From the NCBI GenBank assembly GCA_965228855.1, contig CBDDIJ010000005.1:480001-544000 (forward strand): 64,000 bases of DNA. The letters are read 5' to 3'. This DNA comes from Candidatus Obscuribacterales bacterium (GTDB taxonomy: Bacteria > Cyanobacteriota > Vampirovibrionia > Obscuribacterales > Obscuribacteraceae). Below are positions 38,679 through 48,224 of the stretch, piece by piece; positions within the stretch are counted from its first letter, which is position 1; every line of letters starts with the position of its first letter. A program made the translations under genes and the position numbers. A model generated the notes under the pieces. It ran no database searches and had not been told where the DNA came from. It saw nothing but the letters and a program-made list of their open reading frames with translations.

Positions 38679-39602
38679 CTATTCCAAAATAGAAAGAGAC
38701 TGCTCGTCAGCGTGATAACTGCTTCGCACAAGCGGACCGCTGAAGACGTTTTCAAAGCCCATCTTCATACCGACTTCGTGGAAATATTCAAACTCCTCAG
38801 GCGTTACCCAGCGTTCCACGGGAAGATGGTTCAAAGTAGGCTGCATGTATTGCCCGAGTGTGAGCAAGTCAACTTTGACTTTGCGCCACTCTTCCATGAC
38901 TTCGAGAATTTCCTCGTTCGTCTCGCCGAGTCCGACCATGATACCGGATTTGGTGACCATGCCTTGCTCTTTGGCGCGCTGGAGAAGCTCCATGCTACGA
39001 ACGAATTTGCCCTGAGGTCGGACTTTGAGATAAAGACGCGGAACCGTTTCAGTGTTGTGGTTTAAAACATCGGGTCGGGCGTCGATAACTGTTTGCAAGG
39101 CGTCCCAGTTCGAACAGAAGTCTGGAATGAGAACCTCAATCTTGGTGTTCGGGCTTGCCTCGCGGACAGCGCGAATGGTTTCGGCCCAAACAGAAGCACC
39201 ACCATCCTTCAGTTCGTCTCTATTAACAGAAGTTATAACTGCGTACTTCAAATCCATCAGACGCACCGCATCGGCTACGCGGCGCGGCTCGTCGAGGTCG
39301 AGTTCAGTGGGTTTGCCAGTGATTACATTACAAAAACCACAGCTTCGAGTGCATATATTTCCGAGAATCATGAAGGTGGCGGTCTGGCGAGACCAGCATT
39401 CTCCGCGGTTCGGGCAGGCAGCCGACTCACAAACAGTGTGCAGCTCGTGCTCTTCAATGAGGCTCTTTACCTTGCGATAACCTGTCCCAGTCGGAAGCTT
39501 CACTCGCAACCAATCCGGCTTGCGGAGCCCGATTCGAACGTTTTCGCTTTCGTCTTTCGTTCGGACTAAATTTTGTTCAACATTCGAATTTTTATGATTC
39601 AT
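38679..39602 (-). CDS. lipA: Lipoyl synthase
   Basis: CESAACPNRGEC, CTRSCGFC, NHNTETVPRL, GPLVRSSYHA. Confidence 0.96.
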   Translation of the reverse strand: MNHKNSNVEQNLVRTKDESENVRIGLRKPDWLRVKLPTGTGYRKVKSLIEEHELHTVCESAACPNRGECWSRQTATFMILGNICTRSCGFCNVITGKPTELDLDEPRRVADAVRLMDLKYAVITSVNRDELKDGGASVWAETIRAVREASPNTKIEVLIPDFCSNWDALQTVIDARPDVLNHNTETVPRLYLKVRPQGKFVRSMELLQRAKEQGMVTKSGIMVGLGETNEEILEVMEEWRKVKVDLLTLGQYMQPTLNHLPVERWVTPEEFEYFHEVGMKMGFENVFSGPLVRSSYHADEQSLSILE

Positions 39603-39802
39603 TCAGATTCCGGCTCAAAATCAAGTGTTTTAGCGATTTCTTCATGCCATATTAATAGATCATGGCGCGGTCGTATGACATACTTTCATGGTCTGATGCT
39701 GATCGTCAAGCATGCATGGATATAAACCAGGCTAGGCGATCGCGGCGGATGCGAAGACGCTTAGACTTTGGATATCAAAGCAAATTACGCAGGTGACTTA
39801 AC

Positions 39803-40945
39803 ATGCCGAGAAAAGTTCTAGAGATCGAGCAGAAAATCGAATACCTCTCGATTCTCGATGAAAACGCCAACGTCGACAAAGAGCTTGAGCCGGACATCCC
39901 GGCAGAACAGCTCAAGTCGATGTACAAGTACATGTTGCTTGGCCGACGCTGTGATGAGCGCATGCTCAAAATGCAGCGCCAGGGACGCCTTGGCACATTC
40001 CCCCAGTCTGCCGGACACGAAGCTATCTCAATCGGTTCCGCCATCAATTTGCATCAAGATGACTGGCATGTGCCCGCGTATCGCGAACTGGCCGGAATGC
40101 TCTATAGAGGTTGGCCTATTGAAAACATCATCCTTTATTGGAATGGTTTCGAAGAGGGCACTGCACCGCCGGAGCACGTCAACGACCTGCCGATTTGCGT
40201 TCCGCTGGCAACTCAATTGCCACATGCCGTAGGCATCGGCATGGCGATGACCTACAAGAAAGAAAAGAATGTCGTCATGACTTACTTTGGTGACGGTGCC
40301 TCGTCCGAAGGAGATTGTCATGAAGCCTTGAACTTTGCGTCGGTCTTCAAGGCCCCTGTCGTTTTCGTTTGCTTGAATAACCAGTACGCGATTTCGGTTC
40401 CGCTCTCACGCCAGATGAGCTGCGAAACAGTTGCGCAACGAGCGATCGCTTACAACATGCCCGGCATCCGAGTGGATGGCAACGACGTCCTGGCTGTTTA
40501 CGTCGCCACCAAAGAAGCTGTCGAACGCGCCAGAGCCGGCTACGGACCGAGTCTGATCGAAGGTCTGACCTACAGACTGACACCACACACTACTGCCGAC
40601 GATCCGAAGAAGTACAGAAGCGAAGCGGAAACAGATGAGTGGGCGAAGAAAGAACCGCTTATCCGGTTTGCGAAATATCTGCAAAACAAAGGCGTTATGA
40701 CCGCAGAAGATCTGGAGAACATGGAAGCGGAAGTCGACAACATGGTCAAGACAGCCGTGGTCAAAGCAGAAGAGATGGCGAAAAGCGAGGAACTCCTCAA
40801 CCCCTTCACCATCATCGACCACGTCTACGCGGACATGCCGCAATTCCTGCAAGAACAGCGTGACGAACTGGCAGAACTCGTGAAGAGGGAAGCAGCACGC
40901 AAAGAAAAAAAGAACGCAAAGAGTGAGACGGGAGCGCGTTCGTAG
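39803..40945 (+). CDS. pdhA: 2-oxoacid (pyruvate/branched-chain) dehydrogenase E1 alpha
   Basis: QRQGRLG, FGDGASSEGD...NNQYAIS TPP motif, PHTTADDP. Confidence 0.9.
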   Translation: MPRKVLEIEQKIEYLSILDENANVDKELEPDIPAEQLKSMYKYMLLGRRCDERMLKMQRQGRLGTFPQSAGHEAISIGSAINLHQDDWHVPAYRELAGMLYRGWPIENIILYWNGFEEGTAPPEHVNDLPICVPLATQLPHAVGIGMAMTYKKEKNVVMTYFGDGASSEGDCHEALNFASVFKAPVVFVCLNNQYAISVPLSRQMSCETVAQRAIAYNMPGIRVDGNDVLAVYVATKEAVERARAGYGPSLIEGLTYRLTPHTTADDPKKYRSEAETDEWAKKEPLIRFAKYLQNKGVMTAEDLENMEAEVDNMVKTAVVKAEEMAKSEELLNPFTIIDHVYADMPQFLQEQRDELAELVKREAARKEKKNAKSETGARS

Positions 40946-41008
40946 TTTTTATCGAGGTCAGGCGCGCCACTTAGGAGGCGCCTTTCGAAACAGCAACAGG
41001 AGTTTGAA

Positions 41009-41986
41009 ATGGCTGAAATAAATATGGCAAAAGCGATCAACCTCGCGCTCCATGAAGCAATGGATCGCGACGATCGGGTTGTCGTGATGGGTGAAGACGT
41101 CGGTCAGGATGAAGGCGTTTTTCGTATCACCGAAGGTCTGTTCGCGAAATTCGGCGACGACCGCGTGATCGATACCCCCCTTGCGGAAGCTGCAATCATC
41201 GGCACCGCGATCGGCATGTCGATCAATGGAATGAAACCGGTGGCAGAAATTCAATTTACCGGTTTCGACTACTACGCGTTCCACCAGATTGAAAGCCACG
41301 CTTCGCGATTCCGCAACAGAACCAGAGGACGCATCCATATTCCGATGGTGATGCGCGCTCCATATGGCGGAGGTATACGCGCTCTCGAGCACCACTCAGA
41401 GAGCCGTGAAACATACTATGTTCACACGCCTGGTTTGAAAGTTGTAATTCCTTCCGGGCCGAGAAACGCGAGGGCACTGCTTCACAGCTCGATTCAAGAC
41501 CCGGATCCCGTTATCTACCTGGAACCTAAAGCTTGCTATCGTCTTTTCAGAGAAGAAGTGCCGGACAAAATGGAGACTCTTCCAATCGGTCAAGCGCAAG
41601 TGGTCAAAGAAGGTGAAGACTTGACGCTCATCTCTTACGGAGCCAGCCTCCGAGCTGCGATCGAAGCTGCCGAAGACATGGAAGACGATGGCATCCAGGC
41701 AGAGGTCATCGATTTGCTGACGGTTTCTCCAATGGATCATAAGACCATAATCAAGTCCGTGATGAAAACCGGTCGCGCGGTGATCGTTCACGAAGGTCAG
41801 CGCAACTGCGGAATCGGTGCCGAAATCATCGCACGGATAAACGAGCATGCGTTCCTTTATCTGGAAGCGCCAATCAAGCGCGTAACCGGACTTGATATTC
41901 CGATTCCGTACTTCTCGAAAGAGCGCTACTATCTGCCAGATGCAGAGCGCGTGGTAATAGCCTGCAAAGAAACACTGAACTTCTAA
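41009..41986 (+). CDS. pdhB: 2-oxoacid dehydrogenase E1 beta
   Basis: GEDVG, DTPLAE, VAEIQF, EHHSES, PGLKVVIPS. Confidence 0.9.
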   Translation: MAEINMAKAINLALHEAMDRDDRVVVMGEDVGQDEGVFRITEGLFAKFGDDRVIDTPLAEAAIIGTAIGMSINGMKPVAEIQFTGFDYYAFHQIESHASRFRNRTRGRIHIPMVMRAPYGGGIRALEHHSESRETYYVHTPGLKVVIPSGPRNARALLHSSIQDPDPVIYLEPKACYRLFREEVPDKMETLPIGQAQVVKEGEDLTLISYGASLRAAIEAAEDMEDDGIQAEVIDLLTVSPMDHKTIIKSVMKTGRAVIVHEGQRNCGIGAEIIARINEHAFLYLEAPIKRVTGLDIPIPYFSKERYYLPDAERVVIACKETLNF

Positions 41987-42136
41987 CTGCCCGGAGCCCG
42001 TTTCAATCGATGAAGCCGGCTCCGAGTCCGTTACCCGAGACCTTTGAGCAGCTCGGATCGTTTGAAGCAAAGGATTTGAAACAGGCTGAATTGAAAAAAC
42101 TTTTGTAATTCGTTTGACTAGACTAAGAGGAAAACA

Positions 42137-43558
42137 ATGAGCGAGTTTAAGCTGCCCGACCTTGGTGAAGGTATCCACGAAGCTGAAATCATCAGCATTA
42201 AGGTCAAGGAGGGCGACACCGTCAAAGAAGACCAGCCGCTTTTCGAAGTCGAAACCGACAAAGCGGTAGTAGAAATCCCGTCTCCGTACTCTGGCACGGT
42301 AACTAAGATCCATGTCGAAGAAGGCAAAGTCGTCACCGTCGGTAGTGTCATGATCAGCTTCGATCTTGCAGGCGGTAAGGTCGAGAAAAAAGAAGCAAAA
42401 GAAGATAAAAGCGCTGCCAAAGCAGGGGAGAAAGAGAAGGTCGCTGCAGGCGAGAAAACGCCAGTCGCTGCAGGCGCAGTGAAAACCGCCACCGCGGAAA
42501 GTGCTAAGCACGCCGGCGGTAATGGCAACGCCGGCCGCGTGGCTCACGACCCGAATCGCCCGGTCCCAGCGGCTCCAGCGGTTCGCCGCCTGGCTCGAGA
42601 ACTGGGCGTGGACCTCTATCAAGTCGAGCCGTCCGGACCTTCCGGCCGCGTCCTCAAGGAAGATGTTAAGGCTTGCGCTCAGGGAACGATATCGCGCATG
42701 GCTTCTTCGCCGTCGGACGCTAAAGAAAGCGCTCCAGCAGCTAAGACCCAGCCGTCAATGTCGCTTTCCGACAAGTACGGCGGCGGTGGAGCAAGCACCG
42801 CATATGATGCTCAACCAATGACGGCGCAGGCTGTTGAACTTCCGGACTTCGGCAAATTCGGCAAGACCGAACGCGTTCCGCTTCGCAGCATTCGCCGGAA
42901 GATTGCCCAAAACATGACCACATCGTGGACTCATATTCCTCACGTCACGACCTTCGACGAAGCGAATGTGAGTGAATTATCTCGTGTGCTTGGAAAACGC
43001 GACAGCAAGAAAGAGCGCACTGGTCCTCGTTTGACAATGACAGCTTTCGCAATCAAGGCGGTCGTAAGCGCACTTCAGAAATTCCCGCAATTCAACTCCA
43101 GTCTCGATGAAGCGAAAGGCGAAATTGTTTTCAAACACTTCTATAACATCGGAATCGCAGTCGCAACCGAGCGCGGTTTAATCGTACCGGTCATTCATAA
43201 CGCTGAGACAAAGTCGATAATGCAAATCGCGAAAGAGCTCGGTGAGATTGCAGAGAAGACCAGATCCGGCAAAGTCGAACTAGATAAACTGCAAGGCGGA
43301 ACCTTTACGATAACCAATATTGGCGCCATTGGCGGTACCAGTATGGTGCCAATGGTTAACCATCCTGAAGCGGCGATTCTCGGCATGGCGAGAGCGAATG
43401 AGCGACCGATCGTGAAGAATGGTCAAATCGAAGTTGGAACGATTTTGCCGCTGGCACTCTCGTTTGACCACAGGTTGGCCGACGGGGCTGAAGCAGCTCT
43501 GTTCGTCCGTCACATCATCGATATGCTGGAAGAGCCGCTAAGTCTGGTTCTCGAATAA
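42137..43558 (+). CDS. pdhC: Dihydrolipoamide acyltransferase E2
   Basis: Lipoyl VETDKAVVEIPSP, PAVRRLARE E3-binding domain, FDHRLADG. Confidence 0.92.
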   Translation: MSEFKLPDLGEGIHEAEIISIKVKEGDTVKEDQPLFEVETDKAVVEIPSPYSGTVTKIHVEEGKVVTVGSVMISFDLAGGKVEKKEAKEDKSAAKAGEKEKVAAGEKTPVAAGAVKTATAESAKHAGGNGNAGRVAHDPNRPVPAAPAVRRLARELGVDLYQVEPSGPSGRVLKEDVKACAQGTISRMASSPSDAKESAPAAKTQPSMSLSDKYGGGGASTAYDAQPMTAQAVELPDFGKFGKTERVPLRSIRRKIAQNMTTSWTHIPHVTTFDEANVSELSRVLGKRDSKKERTGPRLTMTAFAIKAVVSALQKFPQFNSSLDEAKGEIVFKHFYNIGIAVATERGLIVPVIHNAETKSIMQIAKELGEIAEKTRSGKVELDKLQGGTFTITNIGAIGGTSMVPMVNHPEAAILGMARANERPIVKNGQIEVGTILPLALSFDHRLADGAEAALFVRHIIDMLEEPLSLVLE

Positions 43559-43643
43559 CGAGCACCTGACGTGAATTGAACGGACACCGTGGGTGGACTA
43601 CAATGGTTCACTTCTGAACACTTACTCTGTGGAGGAGTTTCCA

Positions 43644-45095
43644 ATGGTCGTGGGCGAATCGGTCGAACAAGTCGATCTTGCTGTTGTTGGTGGTGGGCCG
43701 GGCGGTTACACAGCCGCGCTCCGCGCCGCAGAACTCGGCATCAAAACCATATTGATCGACGCTCAGCCCAAGCCGGGTGGCGTCTGCCTGCATATGGGCT
43801 GCATCCCGTCGAAGGCGCTACTCCACGCAGCGGAAGTGATAAACGTTTCCGGTCGCGCGAAAGAGTTTGGTATCAAATTCTCATCGCCGGAAATCAATGT
43901 CAACGAACTCCGCACCTGGAAAGAAGGCGTCATTGACAAATTGGCCAACGGCATCGTCGGTATGCTCAAAGGAGCAAAGGTCGAGAGACTGATTGGAAGC
44001 GCGTCGTTTCAAGACTCCAAGAGCGTTCGCGTCGACCGCTACGGCGAGAATCCGGTCCGGGTAAAATTCAAACACTGCATCATTGCCACAGGTTCGCGCC
44101 CGACGAAACTACCGAAGCTTTTCAAAAATGCTGCAGACGTCGACAGTCCCTTGATTCTGGACTCGACCAGTGCGCTCGCGCTGTCCGACGTTCCAAAGAA
44201 ACTTCTCATCGTAGGCGGCGGATACATCGGTCTTGAGATGGGAACTGTCTATGCAGCACTTGGAAGCGAAGTCACAGTGGTCGAGATGATGGATGGTCTG
44301 CTGCCAGGGGCAGACCGAGACCTCGTCAGACCACTCGCCACGAGGCTCGCCGAAGACTTCAAACAAATCTTCTTGAGCACGGGTGTTCAAGGTCTCGAAA
44401 TCAAGGGCAATAAAGTCATCGCAAGCTTGAAGGGCAAAGATGTTCCGGAGACCATGGAATTCGATAAAGCCTTGATCTCAGTCGGCAGACGACCCAACAC
44501 AGACGAACTCGGACTGGAAAACACTGAAGTCGAAATCGATCAACACGGTTTCATCAAAGTCGACGACACGCTCCGAACGACCGACAAGAAAATCTTCGCG
44601 ATAGGCGACGTCTCCGGACAGCCGATGCTCGCGCATAGAGCAATACGCCAGGGCATTGTCGCCGCAGAAGTAATTGCTGGCAAATCGTCATCATACGACA
44701 ATCGAGCGGTTCCGGCGGTTGTGTTTACAGAACCGGAAATTGCCTGGTGCGGGCTCACTGACACGGAAGCCAAAGAGCAAGGCATCAAAGTCGGAACGGC
44801 AAAATTCCCATGGTCTGCATCTGGTCGCGCTTTGACGCTAAACGAGCCAATCGGTCAAACCAAGATTCTTTTCGATCCCGAGACTACAAGAGTACTCGGC
44901 GTAGGCATTGTCGGTCCCCGCGCCGGTGATTTAATCGCCGAAGCAGTGCTGGCGATCGAGATGGGCGCGGTCCTGGAAGATCTGGCTTCCTCGATTCACG
45001 CACACCCGACTCTGTCGGAAACCTTAAACGAAGCCGCTCTGTCAGGCATGAGCCGCCTCGAAAGAAAAGCGAAAGAGGCGACCTCAGCAGTTTAG
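43644..45095 (+). CDS. lpdA: Dihydrolipoamide dehydrogenase E3
   Basis: GGGPGGY, GGVCLHMGCIPSK, HAHPTLSE; GGAGG RBS before ATG 43644. Confidence 0.95.
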   Translation: MVVGESVEQVDLAVVGGGPGGYTAALRAAELGIKTILIDAQPKPGGVCLHMGCIPSKALLHAAEVINVSGRAKEFGIKFSSPEINVNELRTWKEGVIDKLANGIVGMLKGAKVERLIGSASFQDSKSVRVDRYGENPVRVKFKHCIIATGSRPTKLPKLFKNAADVDSPLILDSTSALALSDVPKKLLIVGGGYIGLEMGTVYAALGSEVTVVEMMDGLLPGADRDLVRPLATRLAEDFKQIFLSTGVQGLEIKGNKVIASLKGKDVPETMEFDKALISVGRRPNTDELGLENTEVEIDQHGFIKVDDTLRTTDKKIFAIGDVSGQPMLAHRAIRQGIVAAEVIAGKSSSYDNRAVPAVVFTEPEIAWCGLTDTEAKEQGIKVGTAKFPWSASGRALTLNEPIGQTKILFDPETTRVLGVGIVGPRAGDLIAEAVLAIEMGAVLEDLASSIHAHPTLSETLNEAALSGMSRLERKAKEATSAV

Positions 45096-45107
45096 GCCCG
45101 GAAACCG

Positions 45108-45196
45108 CCACCGGAATTCCCATAGTGCCCATTCCGGTGGGGCATCGGAGCGCTCATCGCTCCATACGTTGGGGAGAATTGGCTTCTTTCCCCGAC
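45108..45196 (+). terminator. Three consecutive GC-rich hairpins after lpdA
   Basis: CCACCGGAAT/ATTCCGGTGG, GGAGCG/CGCTCC, GTTGGGGAGA/TTTCCCCGAC. Confidence 0.4.
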
Positions 45197-45360
45197 CGAA
45201 TTTTCAGACCGCAGATTAAAAATGGCGGCGGTTCATAGAATTAACGTCTTTATCAGTCAGCTCAAGTGACTTATACGCGCGTGGGTAAATTGACAAGGTA
45301 GGAAAATAATACGTGCTGGGTATACCAGGCTTGGCTAGGCGTACAGGTACAGGAGTGATC

Positions 45361-46761
45361 ATGCCGGAAGACGACAAGGACCAGAATTTGAACTCGGCCC
45401 TGAATTTGTGGCAAGAGGGAGTCGACAAGGCAGCGGGCGACCTCGAGAAGATTGTCAACAACTCAATCGATCAGCTCACACGCTACAGCGAGGAGCTTGA
45501 GAAATCGCTCGAATCACAACTCAAAAAAATCGCCAGTCAGACGAATTCAATGGTGGAAAACAACGTCGAAGAACTGGGGTCCAAGCGCGACGAACTCAAC
45601 GAGCGACTTGCCGAATTCGAGCGCAGCGAAGCAGACGAAATTTTGAAAACCGCCCAGGAGAGCCGCGAGCGCGTTTATCTTCTGGTAGATAAAACCAAGC
45701 AAGAACTAACAGCGAAGCTTTCAGAAACGCTCAAGAAACTGAATGGCCTGGCAGAAAATCCGCAGGGACGCTTCGCCAATTTTACGAACAAAAACCGCGA
45801 AGCAATGAGCGAATTCGCAGAAGCAGCGCGCGATAAGCTAGCCACGCAAAAGACCACTCTCGAGAGCGGTTTGACCAATAAATCCAAAGAACTCGACAGC
45901 CTGGCGGACGAATCGGTTGGTTTATCCAAGCAAAATATCGAGAAAAAACTGAGCGAGTATGAAGAAGGCTTCGACAAGAAAATCGCCGAGGTCCTCGTGC
46001 AACTCGATGAGATGCTGGCCATGACGACCAAAGCGACGGAAGAGTCAACCACCGAAGGTGCGACGGATCTCGAGGCGTGCCGGCTGGAGAATTCCGAATT
46101 CCTCGCGCACAAAGTTGACGAGTGGAAGACGAACATGGAAGTGCTGCAACACAGCTTTCAAGAAGACCTGGAGAGCATGCGCGAGGAAACACTCTCGAAC
46201 CATAGCCGCCGCCTGACTTACTCCGTCACGGAGGCAAAGTCGTCGATCAATCAAGTCGCGAACGACGCTCTCGCCAGAATTACCGGCAACCATCGCATGT
46301 ATTACAGTTCTTTGAAGCGGCTCGAGCGCAAATACGAGGAGCAAGTTGCTCGGCTGTTCAGCCGATTGGAAACTGTTATTTCCGAAGAACGTGATTTGGC
46401 CGGCGGCGGCAGCGCTCAATCGACTGAAGAGATAAAACAGAAACTCAAATCCCAATTAAAAATTCGTGGCAGCGAACTTGTTAAAACCTACAGACGGCAA
46501 GTCGATCAGATGGAAAATGATTTTGCCAGAGCTAGCACCACTTCATACGAGCGCATCGACAGCATCAGATTGCAGACGGTGGAGTCGCTGGAGAAGCAGG
46601 TTCGCATCATTAGAAGCGAATTAGACCGAATCGAAAAATCATTCAAAGTCGAACTTTCGCAACTGTCCATCGAGTTGCCGGAGATCGAAGAACGCGGTCG
46701 GGTAGCGGCTATGTCCGTCCAAGCCTACCTCGAATCATCTCTCACTTTGGATACAGACTAG
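45361..46761 (+). CDS. Hendecad (11-residue) repeat coiled-coil protein A, apolipoprotein-like
   Basis: AGGAG RBS, ATG 45361; LEKIVNNSIDQ|LTRYSEELEKS|LESQLKKIASQ|...; almost no Pro, no TM segment. Confidence 0.8.
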   Translation: MPEDDKDQNLNSALNLWQEGVDKAAGDLEKIVNNSIDQLTRYSEELEKSLESQLKKIASQTNSMVENNVEELGSKRDELNERLAEFERSEADEILKTAQESRERVYLLVDKTKQELTAKLSETLKKLNGLAENPQGRFANFTNKNREAMSEFAEAARDKLATQKTTLESGLTNKSKELDSLADESVGLSKQNIEKKLSEYEEGFDKKIAEVLVQLDEMLAMTTKATEESTTEGATDLEACRLENSEFLAHKVDEWKTNMEVLQHSFQEDLESMREETLSNHSRRLTYSVTEAKSSINQVANDALARITGNHRMYYSSLKRLERKYEEQVARLFSRLETVISEERDLAGGGSAQSTEEIKQKLKSQLKIRGSELVKTYRRQVDQMENDFARASTTSYERIDSIRLQTVESLEKQVRIIRSELDRIEKSFKVELSQLSIELPEIEERGRVAAMSVQAYLESSLTLDTD

Positions 46762-46833
46762 AACAATTTTGGAAACCGTTTCAACTGGCTCCTCACAAGA
46801 GCCGCACCGGATGTGGAATAAGGAGACGCTCGC

Positions 46834-48165
46834 ATGACCCTGGCAGGTAAGAAACTCCAAATTATCTATGATGGCGGGACAGAACAAATGTCCAGCATCG
46901 AAACCGACGCCATCGCAAAACTGACTGGCTCAGCCAATAAACATGCTTCGCAACAACGCAGTTCCGCGATGAATCACTCAAGCGTTGTTGAGTCGAAGTC
47001 AAAAGAGATTGAGGGCGAACTTCACGGGATGATGGATAAGTCCGTCAAGAAGCTCTCCAAGCTTAAGGAGCAAGAGGTCGAGAAGTGCAAGGAACATACT
47101 GAATCCTTGACTGAAGAGCTTCGCAGAATCGGCGAGTTGGTTCGGGAATCCGTTGATTCGATCAAAGCAAGTCTGGGAGATCGATTGAACGACGTTAAAC
47201 ACGAGTTGTCGAGCGAGTTTGATAAGACTTACGAGCAGAACGTTGCCGGTCTGATGGGCAGCAATTTCGAAGGCAGCAAAGAGATTCGCTCGCACGCGAC
47301 CGGGCTCACCAACAACCTCCAGCAGAAATTAGACCAGAGCGTCTGGGAGCAGAAGGGAAGCGAAAAACAAATTGTCGCGCAGCTGTACAAAAACTATATG
47401 CAGAAAGCAAGCGCGATCGAGACCCACTTCTCACAGATCATGCAAAAGCTGTCGGGCGAGTTTCAAACTCAATACAAAACGGTTGAAGAGGCCTCCTCGA
47501 AAGCGAAGGTCAACATCGGTGACGATATCGACAAATGTTTGACAGCGATCGAAGAAGCAAGCTCCGATGGTGAACGAGATATCAACGCATTCTTCGGAAA
47601 ACTCGTCAGCGAGCACGAATCGGAGCTGGAGAGTGAATTCGAGAAAGTCACAAGAGAGGTCACCCAGGCGAACTCAACTGCCACGACTGATTTGAAACAG
47701 AAGACGCAAGACTACAGTTCAAGCCTGTTAACAGCTGCGACTTCCGCGCTGGAGTCATTGAAAACCTCGTGCAACGACACCGTGAAAAACGCCGATACAA
47801 TGCACACAGATTTTCTCAATCGCATCGAAGAACGAGTCAAGGGCACGAAATCCACTCGCGACCAACTAGACGCAACAAAGACTGACACCATCAAAGAAAT
47901 TTGCGACGAGCTCGCGACCATGCGCAAAGGTTTCGAGGCTAACCTTGATAGACTCACTCGTGAAGCAGACGAGAGTGTTCAAACTGTGGCTGCCGAAGTC
48001 GAAAAGGAAATTAAACAGGCGCATACGCGATGCTTGAACAAACTGGCTGATGATGGGCAATCAGCAATAGACTCGATCAACAAAGAGACTACTAGAGTTC
48101 TCACGATGATTGAAGACCACAAGAGAGCAGCGCTTGATGAAATCACACAGGCCGCGCGCTCCTGA
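46834..48165 (+). CDS. Hendecad repeat coiled-coil protein B
   Basis: AAGGAG RBS; LHGMMDKSVKK|LSKLKEQEVEK|CKEHTESLTEE|LRRIGELVRES|...; proline-free. Confidence 0.8.
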   Translation: MTLAGKKLQIIYDGGTEQMSSIETDAIAKLTGSANKHASQQRSSAMNHSSVVESKSKEIEGELHGMMDKSVKKLSKLKEQEVEKCKEHTESLTEELRRIGELVRESVDSIKASLGDRLNDVKHELSSEFDKTYEQNVAGLMGSNFEGSKEIRSHATGLTNNLQQKLDQSVWEQKGSEKQIVAQLYKNYMQKASAIETHFSQIMQKLSGEFQTQYKTVEEASSKAKVNIGDDIDKCLTAIEEASSDGERDINAFFGKLVSEHESELESEFEKVTREVTQANSTATTDLKQKTQDYSSSLLTAATSALESLKTSCNDTVKNADTMHTDFLNRIEERVKGTKSTRDQLDATKTDTIKEICDELATMRKGFEANLDRLTREADESVQTVAAEVEKEIKQAHTRCLNKLADDGQSAIDSINKETTRVLTMIEDHKRAALDEITQAARS

Positions 48166-48224
48166 ACACATATGTAAGAACTCCTTGGTTACAAATTTAA
48201 GAACGAAAAGAACGGGACGATAAT

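Noticed and set aside
41396..42622. 408-aa - strand ORF across pdhB-pdhC
   Set aside because: Antisense to conserved dehydrogenase genes; no motifs.
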